Part shown: piece after piece, positions 36,583-51,000 of the stretch
Layout of the letters: each line of letters begins with the position of its first letter
How positions within the stretch are numbered: the first letter of the stretch is position 1
Origin: Catajapyx aquilonaris
Taxonomy: Eukaryota
Reading direction: 5' to 3'
Length of the DNA stretch: 64,000 bases
Assembly: GCA_000934665.2 (NCBI GenBank)
Contig: JYFJ02000867.1
Span: 1-64,000, forward strand
The notes under the pieces: model-generated
Told to the model about the DNA's origin: nothing
Seen by the model: the letters and a program-made list of their open reading frames with translations, nothing else
The model's database searches: none
Program-made: the position numbers and the translations under genes

Positions 36583-38761
36583 TTGTGGCAACACTGTACA
36601 CGTAGTAGCGTCACGGGCCACATGTGCACATCAGTGCAACGTGGTTAAATGCGGCCGGATTAATTCCAACTCTGGTCGACGCAGGCGTATTTTACCTCGC
36701 AATAGACCTTCCAAATTGTGGCGCGTCGCTTTCAGCTGCTAGTCGGCCGAAGTGTCTCGGGCGCGTCGGGTCCTCTCCCCCACCCCCCAACATTAAAAAA
36801 AAAGCGTTTCCGCGACATTTTTTGGATTGTCCGGTCCTTTTTTGTTTTGGTGGACAGTACAGCACAAAGCCCTGTCGGACACCCAAGGTGCGGGGGAGAA
36901 TATATCCTTGTAAAAGTTTCGGGGGCGACTTAGTGGCCATGTGGACATACCGTACCGGTGCGGTCATGGTTCGACAGTGTCACGTGTACTGACTTCGTGT
37001 GTCTTTTCCCTCCCTTCTGATCTCCAAAACCTTCCCCCTTTTTTAAAAAAAAAAATTATAATATAATAATTTCCGACCTATATCTGCATCAACCCATATC
37101 TTACACTCCTGTGCCTTGTAATATTTACCTGAACCCCCCAAAACCCCTTGCTTTTGTGTGAAAATTTTCCTCGATACGATATAACTACAAAGTGTGAACA
37201 GTGTTTTCTTTCGCTTTAATTTTCCGGGTTAACGTGCGGTACTTTTTGTGAGCTTGTGATTATTTCGGCGGTTTATTTGTGCATGTGAGCTACTCATGTG
37301 GGGTCTTCGGCACTTGTGGTTCTTCGTGGCGTTACTAGGCAAGTAGTAGCAGTTTATTAATATCAATATTAGGCTGCAGTTGTTCTGCGGCGATATTTTT
37401 ATTGACACGTGCTTTTTTAAAAATATAAATACAATAATAAACACCAGGAACCGCACATGTCAACCAAACAGCATTACCTGTATTTATCCTCATGATTGAA
37501 ATTGAGTGTTCGAATAGTGATAACCCATTTATACCCAATTACAGTGCGCAGCAGTTATAATTATGTTATACGGATGATTAATCCAGATCTGAATGCAGCA
37601 GCGCCCGAGCAATAATTTTGCACCGGATTAAACACGGTAGTTTGGAGGGTTACTAGGCTTGGGTTTATAAATACAGTATATACCATAACGCCACCCAAAC
37701 CCTGTGGGGGGTGGGGCGCAATTTCATTTAAAATAATTATTAATAAAGCTGCTTCCATAAACATTGCGGGGATTTGTAGGAGATTATTGGTGTTGTGGCC
37801 TCCAGATAGTAATATTGTTTATAATGTGGGGATTATGACAAGGTCGCTTCGAAAATGGTGTCAGCAGGGGAAATACTGCAGTGTGTGGGTGTCAAAGCCG
37901 AGACTTGGTGTTGCGAATATATATATAATATTTCTGCAATCTGAATTGAATGTAACTTGGCCAAAAATCAGCTGCACTATTTTTTCTAATCCAGTTACAA
38001 ACAGAGTACACAGCAGGCTTACTTCTGCTCTAATTATTACCTTCACCCTGGAAGCATGTAATCTGCAAAACATACAATAGGACTTATGTGGGACATGAGC
38101 ACGTATTTATGCATCACACACTCCCTTTGCAAATGCTTTACGTCCGCTCTAGTTAAAACTAAAACCATACTCTCAGCATAACGCCACTACGCTTCCAGTT
38201 TTAAATATTACAATTCAACAACACCGGGAAACATTTATTTTCGTGTTGGTTTACATCTCAACGCAACATGATGTTTTACTAATGTTCCCTTCTGCTTCAC
38301 AGAATTTAGTCCACCTTTGTAACGGGCACGGTTTTCCTTTCAGATGCTGAGATCAGAGAATGTATTTTGAAAAGCCCAAGGTTCTCTCTAAGTTTGAAGT
38401 TTGCCTTACCTTTGAAAACGGATCCCTAATTAGTATTCCAATTCTCTCCTTGTTGTGACCGTGACGTCAACTCCACCACCACCTTTTTATATACGAATAC
38501 ACTCACAGCCGTTGCCTAAATGGAAACCAATCGAGCATTATTTTCCTCTTAACCCAGATAAGATGGCCATCTACATATAGGACACTTATACCGTACAGCG
38601 TACACTATATATAGGTTTAGTTCTTCATTAAATTATGTTGTTCATTAAAATAATTATGGAAAACCCTAAACAAAACATAAAATAATTCACATATCTGGGT
38701 TGTAAGTGCTGGAAGTTTTACAAACATTTTATTGTTCAAAAATAAAGAAAAGTGCAAGCAC

Positions 38762-38890
38762 TCTATATATGGCAAAGTTTGTTTGTTTGTCCATGGAAAA
38801 TGGTTACCATGGCATCAAAAACAATAATTGGTTGTTGTTTATTACATTACCATGGAAACAGGCCGTGCGAAGAACGGGCTCCGCTGCTAG
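38762..38890 (+). mobile_element. Short non-autonomous Helitron (same family)
   Basis: TCTATATATGGCAAAGTTTGTTTG..CCATGGAAACAGGCCGTGCGAAGAACGGGCTCCGCTGCTAG|T. Confidence 0.85.
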
Positions 38891-38899
38891 TCATCACAG

Positions 38900-39020
38900 A
38901 TAGAATTGGCTAGACGCGACTTTGTCCCTACACGAGTTGACTCATCACCTAGGTACATGTAGTTACTATAGTTACCACTTGGAGTGGGAGAAGTGTGCAG
39001 ATGCGCGCCATCTGCCTGTG
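38900..39020 (-). repeat. Dispersed repeat family X copy
   Basis: The reverse complement reads GCAGATGGCGCGCATCTGCACACT..CTACATGTACCTAGGTGATGAGTCA..GGACAAAGTCGCGTCTAGCCAATTCTAT. Confidence 0.7.
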
Positions 39021-42000
39021 GCTTATCATACTACACGTCCAAGTGGTGGGCGGGCTGGGCACTGTTGCCAAATTTTCAATACTACTGTAGTTATCAAAGA
39101 AATGACAATAAATAGTGCTTACAGGATGTAGGATATGTAGTGCATAAAGTTTCCAGGCATATAACCAGCAGTGTTTAAGCACGACAGAGCGAGTCAGTCC
39201 AGGCGGACAAATATTGCAGAATCGCTTTTGTGTCACAATGTCATAAACTGGATGGCACTTGAACTTTATCCGCTCGAAAATAAATGCCATGTTAGCAACC
39301 TCCACCCATCAAATATAGAAGCACAGAGTCAATACACGTTCAGCGAGCCTTTTGAATTTGTTTGCGCCTTTTTTTTTTGGTTGGGGGAGGGGGGGAGGGG
39401 GGACTCGTTACATTTTTGGTTATAACACAGAGGCACAAAAAGTCTGATGATGCATGATGGAATGTGGAACCGTGAAACGGGGAGAGAGTTAAAAAAAAAT
39501 AGAGTATATACACAGCGCGTTATTCTAGTTATTTGACACACGGCATTTTGATTGACAACAGCTGAGGTCCCAGCCCCCTAGTTCCAGCATTTTCATAGCG
39601 TGAATAGAAAATGACAGCATCAGTCAGTTGTTCAAACTGCCCAAATATTAAGAGTGGAATCGGGAGGGGTTATTCTTGGTCCCCCCCAGGAAATTATTGT
39701 CAAATTGTCTGCACGAAACGTCTCATCTTTTTTTTCTTCTCATTCTTATTCGTGCAAGGAAAAATTATGCAGTTTTTCTTTTACAATATACAATTTTTTT
39801 TTGTTAAACTATATGTAGTGCACAAGACCGTTTTTGTTACGGTTCGGTAGTACTGGGCGTATTATTAAATTAAAGGGGAGGTCAGTGCAACACTAAATGC
39901 ACTTCCGGTATTGTTGCACGCCACTTCGTAAATCGTGTTTTGGAAAGTGAAGCAGATAACAAGTTGTGCAAGTCACGACTGGACACCTGTTATGTAAAAG
40001 AGCGTGCATTTTTAAGGAAGCTTACAAACTTGCAAAATGTTGGGGGTCGAGGTACTCAGTTTGTCGATTTATTTTCAATTGAATTGCACGAATCAATAAT
40101 ACCGTATAGTCTGTCGAGTTGAGACAATTTAAGAATAATGAAGTGTACAGCTCTTCATGCACGGAATAGCTTAATCTAAAATTTATATACTAAGTTTTAA
40201 TTTTTTTTGTGTGTAAATAAACTACTTCACGTATTCGACCAATAATTATTGGGTTGAAAAATTCACAACAATTTTTTTAAGATTATATTTTTTTTTGCAT
40301 TGTACCTGTTTGTTTAAGGCGTCATTTTATTTTGTGTTAGCAAAAATTATTCAAGGATGAATTTTTAAAGTCGCGACTCTCCCAGTGGTGGCGACAATTA
40401 CATGCAATGCTTTAAAATGCACCGAGAGAATTCGGATTTTTGCTCCCAACCACAATTAACTCCGGGGGAAAAAAAATTCCCCGTGTCTGTGTTGAAGCTT
40501 TTACGGCGTCATGAAAAATGCGTAAATGTTTGTTTGTTAAAATAGCGTTTGATTACACGACTTCTGCAGCAGGGAGGGGGGAAAAAGAGAGAGATCAATG
40601 GTTTTTAATCCGAAAACACTGCAGCCTGCAAAAGTGCTTGCAGTCGGCAGCATCGAAAGCAATGAAATTTTTATTAGTTTCTCAGTACACCAAGGGGGGG
40701 GGGGATCAATAAAATTATGGGAGAGAGTGTATACTGTATAGCATAAAAGGCTGGACGAAGAAAAGTGGCCAATGGTCAGTGCATTGCACTTGTGCCACAC
40801 ACACACACGCAATCAGCATTAAATAAACATTTGTTAGATCTTGCGCTGCTCTCAATACATTTGAGCCATTTATTTGGACCCATTGCATAGTTGCAAGATT
40901 TGGCCACAAGTTTTGCAAAGTATGATGTCACCGTTTGCCTGCAAAATATTTAGGACCAAGTGAGAGGTACTTTGGTTCGTTTTATAGTCGTCTGTTATGA
41001 GATCCGCCATTAGCACTGATGAAAATAACGCGGGAGTTATTCTGTTATCACCTCTTATTGTCATATTACCATTGGACGCAATGTTATGCTGTACTTTATG
41101 TTCACCAAGAGTAGTTTTCAGGGCTCATGCAGCTATATTAAAATACAAAATATGTAACATTAATTTTCTGCGAATATTCGCAATAATTTGGCGGTGTTGC
41201 ATATATATTGTGTGCTTCTTATTTACAAGCCTGCACTGATTAATTCTGTAGTTTCATTCCAGGGTGTACACTGTACAGTACTGTAAATATTCAGGATGAG
41301 TCATGAATCTTGCAGGCATCCAGTTTATATAGGATATCCGCAGCACAGTTACAACTTTTCGTGGGTTCGACTGATGACTCTCTCCCGGAAGGTGTAAAAT
41401 GATTTATTACTTTAATGCAGTAACATTAATATATTTAGCGAATCACAGCATGCAGCGTAGCACATTTTGAAATGTCAAAGGGATTCACTCCCAGTACAGT
41501 ATGGACAGTTAAAAAAACAACTAGAAATTGTACCGACATTATACAAAAAGGTGTCGGCAACAAAGGGGCCGACCTCGTTTTCGCATTTTCAGAGTTAATT
41601 CTAGGGCAACATGCGGCCTCATATCACACTGCAGTAGTTACGTAAGCGAATGCAGTGAATGCAAATGGTGATTAGATTTGCAGGATTACCGGAGTCACAA
41701 TTGAATAATGACGAAATGTGCTTGTTTTTTTCCGTGAGTTAGACTACTATTATGGAGTTATTTTCTTGAAATATATTCTCATTCAGCATTTGTACATTTG
41801 CATGAATTGGCCACGTAGCAACATCCAGCTATGACAATAATATACAATGCTAATCGATCCATTTTTTCCCCAAGCATTCCCATGACCTACCGCAATATGA
41901 TAAATTAGGCGCGTTCTTCATGCAATGATTTACTCGGAACCCGCATTGATTTGTTTAAATGATCAGAAGATTCCGACCTATCGCCATATTTTTCTGACAT

Positions 42001-45000
42001 CAAACAAATGAGGCCGTACCGGTATAAGAAAATGTATGCACACGGTATAGCGTGATCCCAAGGCGACACCGTGCATGATGGACTCCGACTTCATTAGCAC
42101 CTTGTGACATTCGGTCACGACAACTCATAGGTAAAAAAGGAAGTTCATCCAAGATCTTCTCTACTAATAATGGCTCGCTGATTTTGTTGGCACTTTTTTT
42201 TGCTATCTGGCTGACCCCTAGCGATGGCGTCCTTAACAAATTTTGAAGAGGCCTACATGGGTTGGTGAAAATATATTCAGCATACAATATACTGTATGTC
42301 AGATTGAGAGAAAATATAGTATATTTCAGTATATAATATATTTCAGATTGCGAGGCAAAATTTTTGCTATCCGCTGACCCATAATAAACGTTTGAAGTTA
42401 CATCAGAAAGGCTTGGCTTGCTTAATATTTTCAATTTCAATTTTGTTTAATATTATACGTACGTGCGTATACAGTAACTTACATAGAAGTGGATGATTTT
42501 TCTGCAAGTTTTCTGGATTCTTCATTGAAGTGCCCCGTGGTTGTTGGCATATTTGCAAACTGGATGACCTATTGATGTGGCCTTCTGTAACTAAAGATAA
42601 TCCAAATTTGGACACGTGGGCGTGGTTCGCTTCCTATTTTTCGCACAGCAAGGTTTAGGATTTTTCTTGCAAGTCTTGGAGAAAATGTCGTTGGAGTAGT
42701 CGAGAGAGAGGAAGGGTTCGGAATTGGTCCGATTTCCCGTCTAGAAGTTTTCATTTTGTAGATTTCTATCGCTTGGCTCGCAGGTCGGGAGGGAATGTCC
42801 CCAAAAGGCAAAGTCGATATGGGTGCTGGGTGTATATAGGACTGTAAAGGAGTGTGGCGCACCGCTCGTTTAGAGAAACTTATGTAGCTCGCGTCACTTC
42901 AGATTGTGGGGTTTTGCAGGAGGAAGTGGGAGGGAGAGAGTCGAAATAAAGAAGCAGTTCCGGCTGGATAGCATTAGGACTATATACAGAGAGCGCTAGG
43001 CCTTGTGTGCATGAATAATTTAGAGGCCATGACTAATTTTGGGAAGGTTTGATTTGCGAAGAGTCGGTGGAATATTATAGCTGAGGTATGACTGCTTTCT
43101 ATATACACTCGACTTACGTATGTCGAGTTTTACGTAACATCGGATCCACGCGATATTCCGAAACCACAACACTTTTGTTGGGCCCCGCGACGATGGTTCC
43201 AGCGCAATTTGTGTTGGTGTGTATGGTTTTCTCAAGTACCGCGTTGGATAGTCGTGTAATATTTATATTTAATATTTAATATTGAAAGTTTGTCGTCTGA
43301 GATGGGCAGGGGGGGGGGGGAGATGTATGGTTTATAGGCTGATTTTTACAAGTTTTAATTTAGTTCATATTTTGGGTTAGCTTGTGGCTCCCGTCATCGC
43401 TGACTACCCCTTATAGGGAAATGTCGTGATGGTGTTGTTGTTGTGTATGGTTTTAGAGTGACCGCACCATTACTGTGTTTGCTCGAGTAAACAATTCCTT
43501 TTCATTGCTTGTACAAAAAAAGTGTCAATTAACGTATCTAGACTTACCTGGCGCAATTTGAGTTCATGTATCTGTATAGTTTTAGAGTGACCGTACCGTT
43601 ACTGTGTTTATGTTTCTGAAAATCAAGTTTGCACTGCAAATTTCGCAAATTTTGGGGCATTTTTTAGTAAGTCCGGATCTGCGTAAGTCGAGGCTACGTA
43701 AGTCAGGGATTGTTAATTCGCCAATGACAGAGACGGTTGCTTCGAAAAACTGCTTGCTTCAGTAAACAATTCCTTCTAAGTGACTGTACAAAAAAAAGTT
43801 GTTGTAGACGTACTGTACACTCAGGGTGATTGAAGTAATGTGAACTTTTGCCGGAAAGATTAAAGTATCTCCTATGAGCAATATTCATGGAATAGAGTTG
43901 TCTTGTTTGAGGCGTAACCTATCTTATTTCAATGTCACAATACCAGATATTGACGCAGCATATATTTTGGATTTTGAGATATGCAATGCCGCGGGGTCTG
44001 TTTCAGGTCACTTTATCAAACCACGGTTGAACGATTACCTGAATAAATGACGTTGTAGGCCTTTTATGCCAGACATAACTCATATTAAAAAGAAAAACGC
44101 ACAGATAAGTCTATTAATACATGCATATTTGTTTAGTCTGTTATTTCTGCGGACTATTGTTTTGATACTTATTATTGTCGGTTAATTTAAAAAAAATTGG
44201 GGGAGTAGGCACATCAAAAGCACATGTAAAATTTCTCCTCTTTGTGATCAATGCCTTTCGAAATGTGGCTAATTGCACCGAATTGAGAAGATAATTGAAT
44301 AATTATTAGGATGAAATTAGCGTGTGATAATTGAACCAATCACCAAGTCATTATGTGGTCCTACAGTTCCCCCCTCCCTCCCTTTTCTAATCAATAGTTT
44401 TCTGGCAGGGTCAACAAAAAGTTCATATTTTTAGCCGCCACATATTTATAAAGCTATATTTGGAGTTCATGCATCAGGAGCTTTTTCCCGAATTTGTGGT
44501 TGTCATGATCCTCGCAACTTCAATATGAGAAGGAAACATTGGCCAAATTGCACTTCGTCCAAAAACCTGAAGTGAAGGACGACCAGAGTCACACAGGAAG
44601 GATTTCTAGACATGACGGTTTGAAGGTTAAACGTTTGGTCAATTTTATTAGCAAAAACATTTTTGCATAACCGCAATTTTTCTCTCAGAGAAGAACACTG
44701 AAAACAGTTGGTAAGTATAAATTTACACGCTGTATTATTTTACACGGGTAGTGTTACATGACACAAACGCGCATTTATTCAAAGAGTGTGTAAATTTACA
44801 TATGCTACCGGGCTTTCACTGTATGCTTTTGGACTATATTTCACAACGCCCAATTAAATTTCAAATGAGCCAGAAAAGTTGTTCTTAACGCAAGAAATGT
44901 TGGCAACAATAAATAAAAAAATGAATAAAAATGTGATTTAATGAAATAAAAGGAACGAATAAAAGACCGAATAAATAAACAAACAAACAATAAATAAATA

Positions 45001-47419
45001 CAGTAACTTATTAATAAATAACTTAACAAGTTTTCTAGCTCTTTTCTAACCAGAAAATATTTGCTTTTAAGTAACATCAGACGACTTTAAACGGTCAACT
45101 TTAGTTAGACAAGGTTTCTGAATTCCGCCATAACTGTTTGTCGCCAGATCCCACCTTCATCTCCCTTCTGAACCATTTTCGCATCCCCCTGTACATAGTA
45201 GACCCCCCCCCCCNATCACTCTTCTTTCTCCCCCCAAAAACCGCAACCTTTCCTCAAATAGAATATGAGAGACCCCACCTGGGCCATCTTCCTTGGGAAG
45301 ACATCGTATCGAATTTTCATACCCACGTTTATGTCCTGCCATCTCCCAAGCCAGCAGCTTCCACCTGACATTAAGAAGTCCTCCTTTTCTTTCATGCCAG
45401 AGATGTGTGGTGTGTGAGAGGAAAGGGGGCAATTCTCTCTTCTCTTCCGGAGTGCAGACAGCTCCTGGGGATGGTGGCCTCCAAGTGGGCCACTAACATT
45501 TGTCAGAGGGCCGTGATATGTATCGATTTGCCATCGCTCTCTCTTCTCTTCTCTTCTCTGTCTAACACGCCGTATAACCCATTCTGCCTGCTGCTGTTTT
45601 GATCGCCGGAATAGGTTAGAGGAAAAGGTGTAGCATATGCGGTCATGGCTCAAACCGGTTTCAAACCAAACCAAACTGCTGGCGCTGGATGGTAACGAGA
45701 GTCAGGAGTAATAATTGTTATGGTATGGACAAGACTCCAATATGTGTAACATCCATTAGGCAACTATATAATTTCATTAATTTGAATTCATTGCCAATCA
45801 CCTTGTACAGTCTGTGATCTGTGAGGGATCTATAATATTAAAATCACAGTGGGCATGTTTGCTTAAGGCTTATGATTGACCCGCCTTATTGTTACCGCGA
45901 CACTTCCGATTGGCCCCCTTCTGCGCCTGCGTAATGGGAGGACAAATTCAGTTGCTTGCTGACTGGCGACGAGTAATCATATCTGGTCGTCTCTCCCGTC
46001 ACCTCGACCCTTCCCTCTTCTACACCCACACCCGCTGTTCCCTTCATCGCCGCAGGATCAAAAAAATAAAATAAAAATCGAGCGAAACGACGGTTTTCTT
46101 GGCAACAAAATTTAATCACTATACGTAAATAATAATAATAAACCAAAATAGTGGATGGTAGCATTAGCCATAGGTAAGGAATTAAGTGCAACGAGCGTCA
46201 GTGTCCCTGCGACAGTCACAAGAAGCTTATAAGTTATACAGTCTAGCAAGGCAATGTTATTCAAATATTAATTTCATATTCATCAACTACTGTATGTTGT
46301 GTGTGTTACAGTTCTCCAACGCCATCACTGTAGGCTTCATATTGATTGTAAAATGGAAATAAGTTCACTGCAAACAGTGTGTACTCTATACGTAGAGAAA
46401 AGTTCAATGTGTAGGCTAGGGATCACAAAAAATTACTGTACAGTGTTTTAAAGCGGTGGAGATTACACTTTAAATGTGCTGCATTTAACTGTAAACAGAG
46501 TGGTGGAATCGGAAGGTACACTTTGCCATCAATGCTACTGTGTAGTTGACTCTGGGTGGCTTCTAAATCCCTCTTGTTGATACATTTTGGAGACGCTTGA
46601 GCAGAGCCGGTTTGATGTGCGACAAACAGACTGACTGTCCTTTAAAAGGAAAAAGCCTTTCAGTGAATGTGTCCCCTCGCATTATTCTGCATTTTGCACG
46701 TTGACTTTCATCTCTTTGTCATTTTGTGGCGGCCTGAGCACAGAGAGACGAATACTTTGAACTGCTGCAAAAGTACAGGCGTGAACATATTGTGTTGCAC
46801 ATTATGGGATGTAATTTATAGCAAAACCTGTATTTTCAGAAGCTGTGCAGTCTGGGGTTGGAAAATATTCGGTAATAATAATGCACCCATACGCAGGTGA
46901 CAGCATACAGATAGCAGTACGTGCTATTACACCAGACCATGTTTCTTGATCAAACATGGCGAGAGGTAGTACGCTCATTCATCATCAGAGAGGAGCTGCC
47001 ATTAATCACACTTCTCCGCACTTTGCAGTCTTGACGTAGCATTCCGCTTCTCACCCACACCCATTCATCTCTTCGCACACACTACTCTCTCTATACTCCT
47101 AGCTGCGATTCTCTCTTTTTGCTCAGCATCTCTCACCCAGCAGCCACTGTACCAACCCAAACCCCCTCCCTTATTGCCATCATCCATGGGCACCGTTGCA
47201 GCACTCCACAAGCTCTCACAAAAAAAAATCTTATCCTCATTTCTCAATGCCAATCAGCCAGAGATCAATCCTGTACGACATGTAGAGAAGAGAAGTTTGC
47301 GACGGTTCCAGGAAGTTTGGGTATTTGATTATTTTTTTAAAATGTTTAAAAATGGCCGCTTCCTGCAATCTTTGGCCAATCTACAAAAATCTGGCCTAAA
47401 AACTTTAAACCAATATTAA

Positions 47420-47810
47420 TTTCAGACCTTTTCTCATCAAAAAAGTCTTATAGAACGGCTCTGTCTGTCTGTTTGTGGACGGGCATCAGGGCACAAACCG
47501 CAAGAGAAAGCGACAAACGGTTTTCGGATTCCGATTCAGCAGACCCTAAATAGGTTTCACGCACAACTTCCGTTTTTTTCTTGTCCACTATCTCCGCCAA
47601 GGTCAAGTCTAGAGGCGGATGACCTTGTGTTACTTGGGAACGAGATATAAGACTGACGACTTTCTATGTCATTGTTGTAGAATTGCTTCGAGTCGTGTTT
47701 ATCGTATCGTATCGTATTCAACGAAGTTGTCAGCCTAATTTCCCGCTGCCTAGGGCCTAATGGGAAAAAAGTGCACTCGAATCACGCTCGAGTGATTTGC
47801 CAATCTTGTT
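47420..47810 (+). mobile_element. HINE/DINE-1-like (Helentron-associated) element
   Basis: Subterminal IR TTTTCTCAT..ATGGGAAAA, (CTGT)n microsatellite near the 5' end, 3' hairpin CACTCGAATCACGCTCGAGTG and terminal CTTGTT. Homologous to 56076-56571 and to a fragment at ~15765-15800. Confidence 0.8.
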
Positions 47811-47960
47811 TAATAATTTGTATGAAGACTTGACGTGAAGAACGATAGGATTTATAAAGGAATTATTTATATGAGTGTTTGGGTTTTTAATGAATTAATT
47901 ATTTCAAAAGTGAAGGTCTTGTATTTTAGTGCTACAGTTATAGTGAATTGAGATTTCCTC

Positions 47961-48083
47961 CCCACCTGGCGCCATCTATTGGCTAGATTTTCAGTTCACC
48001 TGGCGCCATCTATTGACTAGTTTTCCCACTCATCTGGTGACATCTATCGGATAAGTTTTCAGCTCGCCTGGTGCCATCTATGG
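47961..48083 (-). promoter_or_regulatory. Tandem 34-bp repeat carrying CTCF-like motifs (candidate insulator)
   Basis: Four units. The minus strand reads CCAATAGATGGCGCCAGG, TCAATAGATGGCGCCAGG, CCGATAGATGTCACCAGA and TCCATAGATGGCACCAGG, resembling the CTCF core CCACTAG(A/G)TGGCGC. Function is inferred. Confidence 0.55.
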
Positions 48084-51000
48084 AGCGAAAATTTTAGTCG
48101 CCGAATTCCAGCGGGCAGATTACATGGCGCGGATGGTTAAATGACTGGAGGTGTGTGGTGTCGCGATTGTGAGGTTGAGCTGGCATTTTAATCGCTCCAG
48201 TTGGCCCTCACCACCTCCCCCATACAACCCCGCCATTTAAAATCAGAGCTGGGAGCATTCCAATCACAAATGGATTGAATCAAATGTTTTAAATTCCTGG
48301 TGGTGCCCAGGCCATCAAACTGCGACTTGTCATGCATTGCGAGTGACATTTCCCCCCGCGTATCTCTCCCGACGTGTTGTTCGCCTGTCATTGCTATTGT
48401 CACTCATTTGTCCTCCAGAAAGGTGCATGATGGTGGAGAGGGCAGGAGGGTGGGAATCGATACTTTACAACTGAGTGCCTTGTGACAATCATTTCCCCTG
48501 GCGATTAATTAGCCTTGAACACTTGCCCGTCACTGATTAATATCATGTTACTACGGATGGCTGAAGTGACGTGTGTTTGCAGTGCGCGACGTGCCAAAAA
48601 AGGGCGAATATTTTTGGCAACATTTTTACTGGCAAAAAGAGCATCATAGGCTAGCTTTATAAGATCATATTAGTTCCAATTAAATTAGTGTAGAGTAAAA
48701 TATGAGCTTGTAGGTTAATAATGTGCAAATTGCAGTAGAAATTACCTTGATAGTGTGTGCAGGATATTTTTAGATGCACTTGGGACATCATGTTTGTTTT
48801 CTGTCATTTGGATTGTGTTATTGTTTGCGTTGAAAATTAGCTAGCCTGTTTATTTTTATTTCATTGTTCCGAAAGGTACATCGATACTGTTGATAATTGA
48901 TCAGAGCCGAACAAATTGGCAATTGATTTTGAATGCGTTTTCATTTAGTTTACGCAGTTGGCCCGGGATTTCTATTGCCCGCCGCTGCCTATTATTATCG
49001 CCGATTAATGGAGGGGTCATTTGTGTGTGAATGGAGGTAACTAGCAGTTAATAATAATATTTCTGGAATGTTAATGGGACAGACGTACGCAGTATCGGGG
49101 CATGATAGGCATGCTGGTATGTCGCTACACGTGCAAATATTTGATTTTCCGGATGGTTTTATTAATAACGAGTCGCCTCTAATAACATTATTATTATACT
49201 AAAATTAATTGGATGAAATTTAGCGCCAAAAATAATTATGGATGTGAAACAAGTAATAATAGGATCACACCTTTCCAGCTACAAATATTGAACATTAACA
49301 TCACGGTACAAGCTGTCACTCGCTTTATAAACATTGCAGCGTTATTATCGTCAATAATGATGCATTGCATGCAGCGATATGCAAAATGACTTATTTAAAG
49401 CTTTGCATGAAAGCAGATGTTACTCTATATGGCTGCTGACCTTGCTGGTCATGTTTCAAGCTGAATTATTACATTAATTCTTTTGGGGTGGTGCACAGAG
49501 GGTAATTGCACTGTATGCGTGCGAGAAAAAATTATTGCAACTGGCAGTTTGAAGTCGATAACGGTTGGTTTTTGCGGACTTACACGCGCATATGTTATTT
49601 TTAAGTGTTTCCTGCCTGCGGCTGTCTCAATAACACATATCAAAAAGAGGCGCACGAAAAGCGCATTTGAAAATACACCACGTGCTGTGTTCAAAAACCC
49701 GTTTTAGGCTTCTATCATTACGAAAGCAACCCACAATTTACTGCAAATAACAAAGGACAACTCAAAAATGACAAGATGGGTTTAATAAAAAGGGAAAAAT
49801 GCTGTCATTACATTTTTTGTGTGACATTCCGCATGCCACATGGTGTTTGTTTCGTATTGTTGCAAAGCCAAGTCTTTGGCGCAGTGATTGGCTATTAGGT
49901 AAATTAATTACATGGTACTCTTCCGACCCATTTTTCTTTTTTTTACTTCGCAAGGAAAATTTTCGTCGTATATTTTACCTAATTACAGAGGGCATTCTCC
50001 TCTAAATGAATTTTTAATGATGGTAAACCCATCTGGCGACCGGGGTTGGATTTCTCAATTAAATTCACATATTATATATCTCTGTGCGCAGAAAACCACT
50101 GTACTCTCCTGGCAAGGTATAATACGTAAGTTGGTTGGGGAGCTCTTGAAGGAAAATTGAAGTAACCGCGGAAAATTGGTTCCGCACAGCAACTGTTCTT
50201 CATATAAAGTTGAGGCTGCGTCATGCTTTGGCCCCTGGAGCTAATCCTCCCAAGTTGTAAGTGAAATTACTCTCATCTCCCGCCCGGCTGCCGAAAGTAC
50301 ACATCCCTTTTCTTTGCCTTCACGCATAATGGCTGCGACATCAAGAAATGTAAGTAAGGAACTAAGATGATGAGAAGAAAGGACCGAGGTACAAAAAAAA
50401 ACATATTTGAAGATCCAGGTTTTATTTATTTTTTAGGTCGAAAAACCTGGGGTGGAATTTTATGGGGTTGATATAACGAGCTGGGCTAGAATGGACAGGC
50501 TTTTGTCAAAGTGACAGAGTAACAAATGATGGTGTGAAATCGGCGGGGATGCAGAAGAGGATCGTATCCATCACATTTTTTTTAAAGATGAAAATGACTC
50601 TACATAGTAGACCGTAACTTTTATGTAGAGTCGTTTTGGCGGTTTTGGCTTTTGCAGCTTAGTTATCGAAATAATTCCCTGAAACACCTGTGGAGGCGTT
50701 TTTACAAATGTAACAGAAGTAATAGGCCAGTAATCATGCCCGTTTGTTTCAAAACATTATTATCTGCCTTTGTAAAGCGTCAAAAAGTATGGTTATTACG
50801 CACAAAATGTGTCAACTTCATTATTACCTATTGGTGACTTGTCGTTGATAATAATGTGTTACATGAAGGGTTCAATAAATACGTCTATGTTGCTGAGGAA
50901 ACAGGCCAAAGTACTGTACACTTTCCAGAAGGTTTCGCAAGAAGAAGAAAAAGTTGTGATGATTCCAGAGTTTATGACGTCCACACAAGTTTAGAAGAGG

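Noticed and set aside
43430..43800. Repeated GTTTTAGAGTGACCG / GTAAACAATTCCTT units as a CRISPR array
   Set aside because: Only two or three irregular, degenerate local duplications.
45214..45214. Ambiguous base N (also at 60843)
   Set aside because: An assembly or consensus artefact next to C/G homopolymer runs, not biology.
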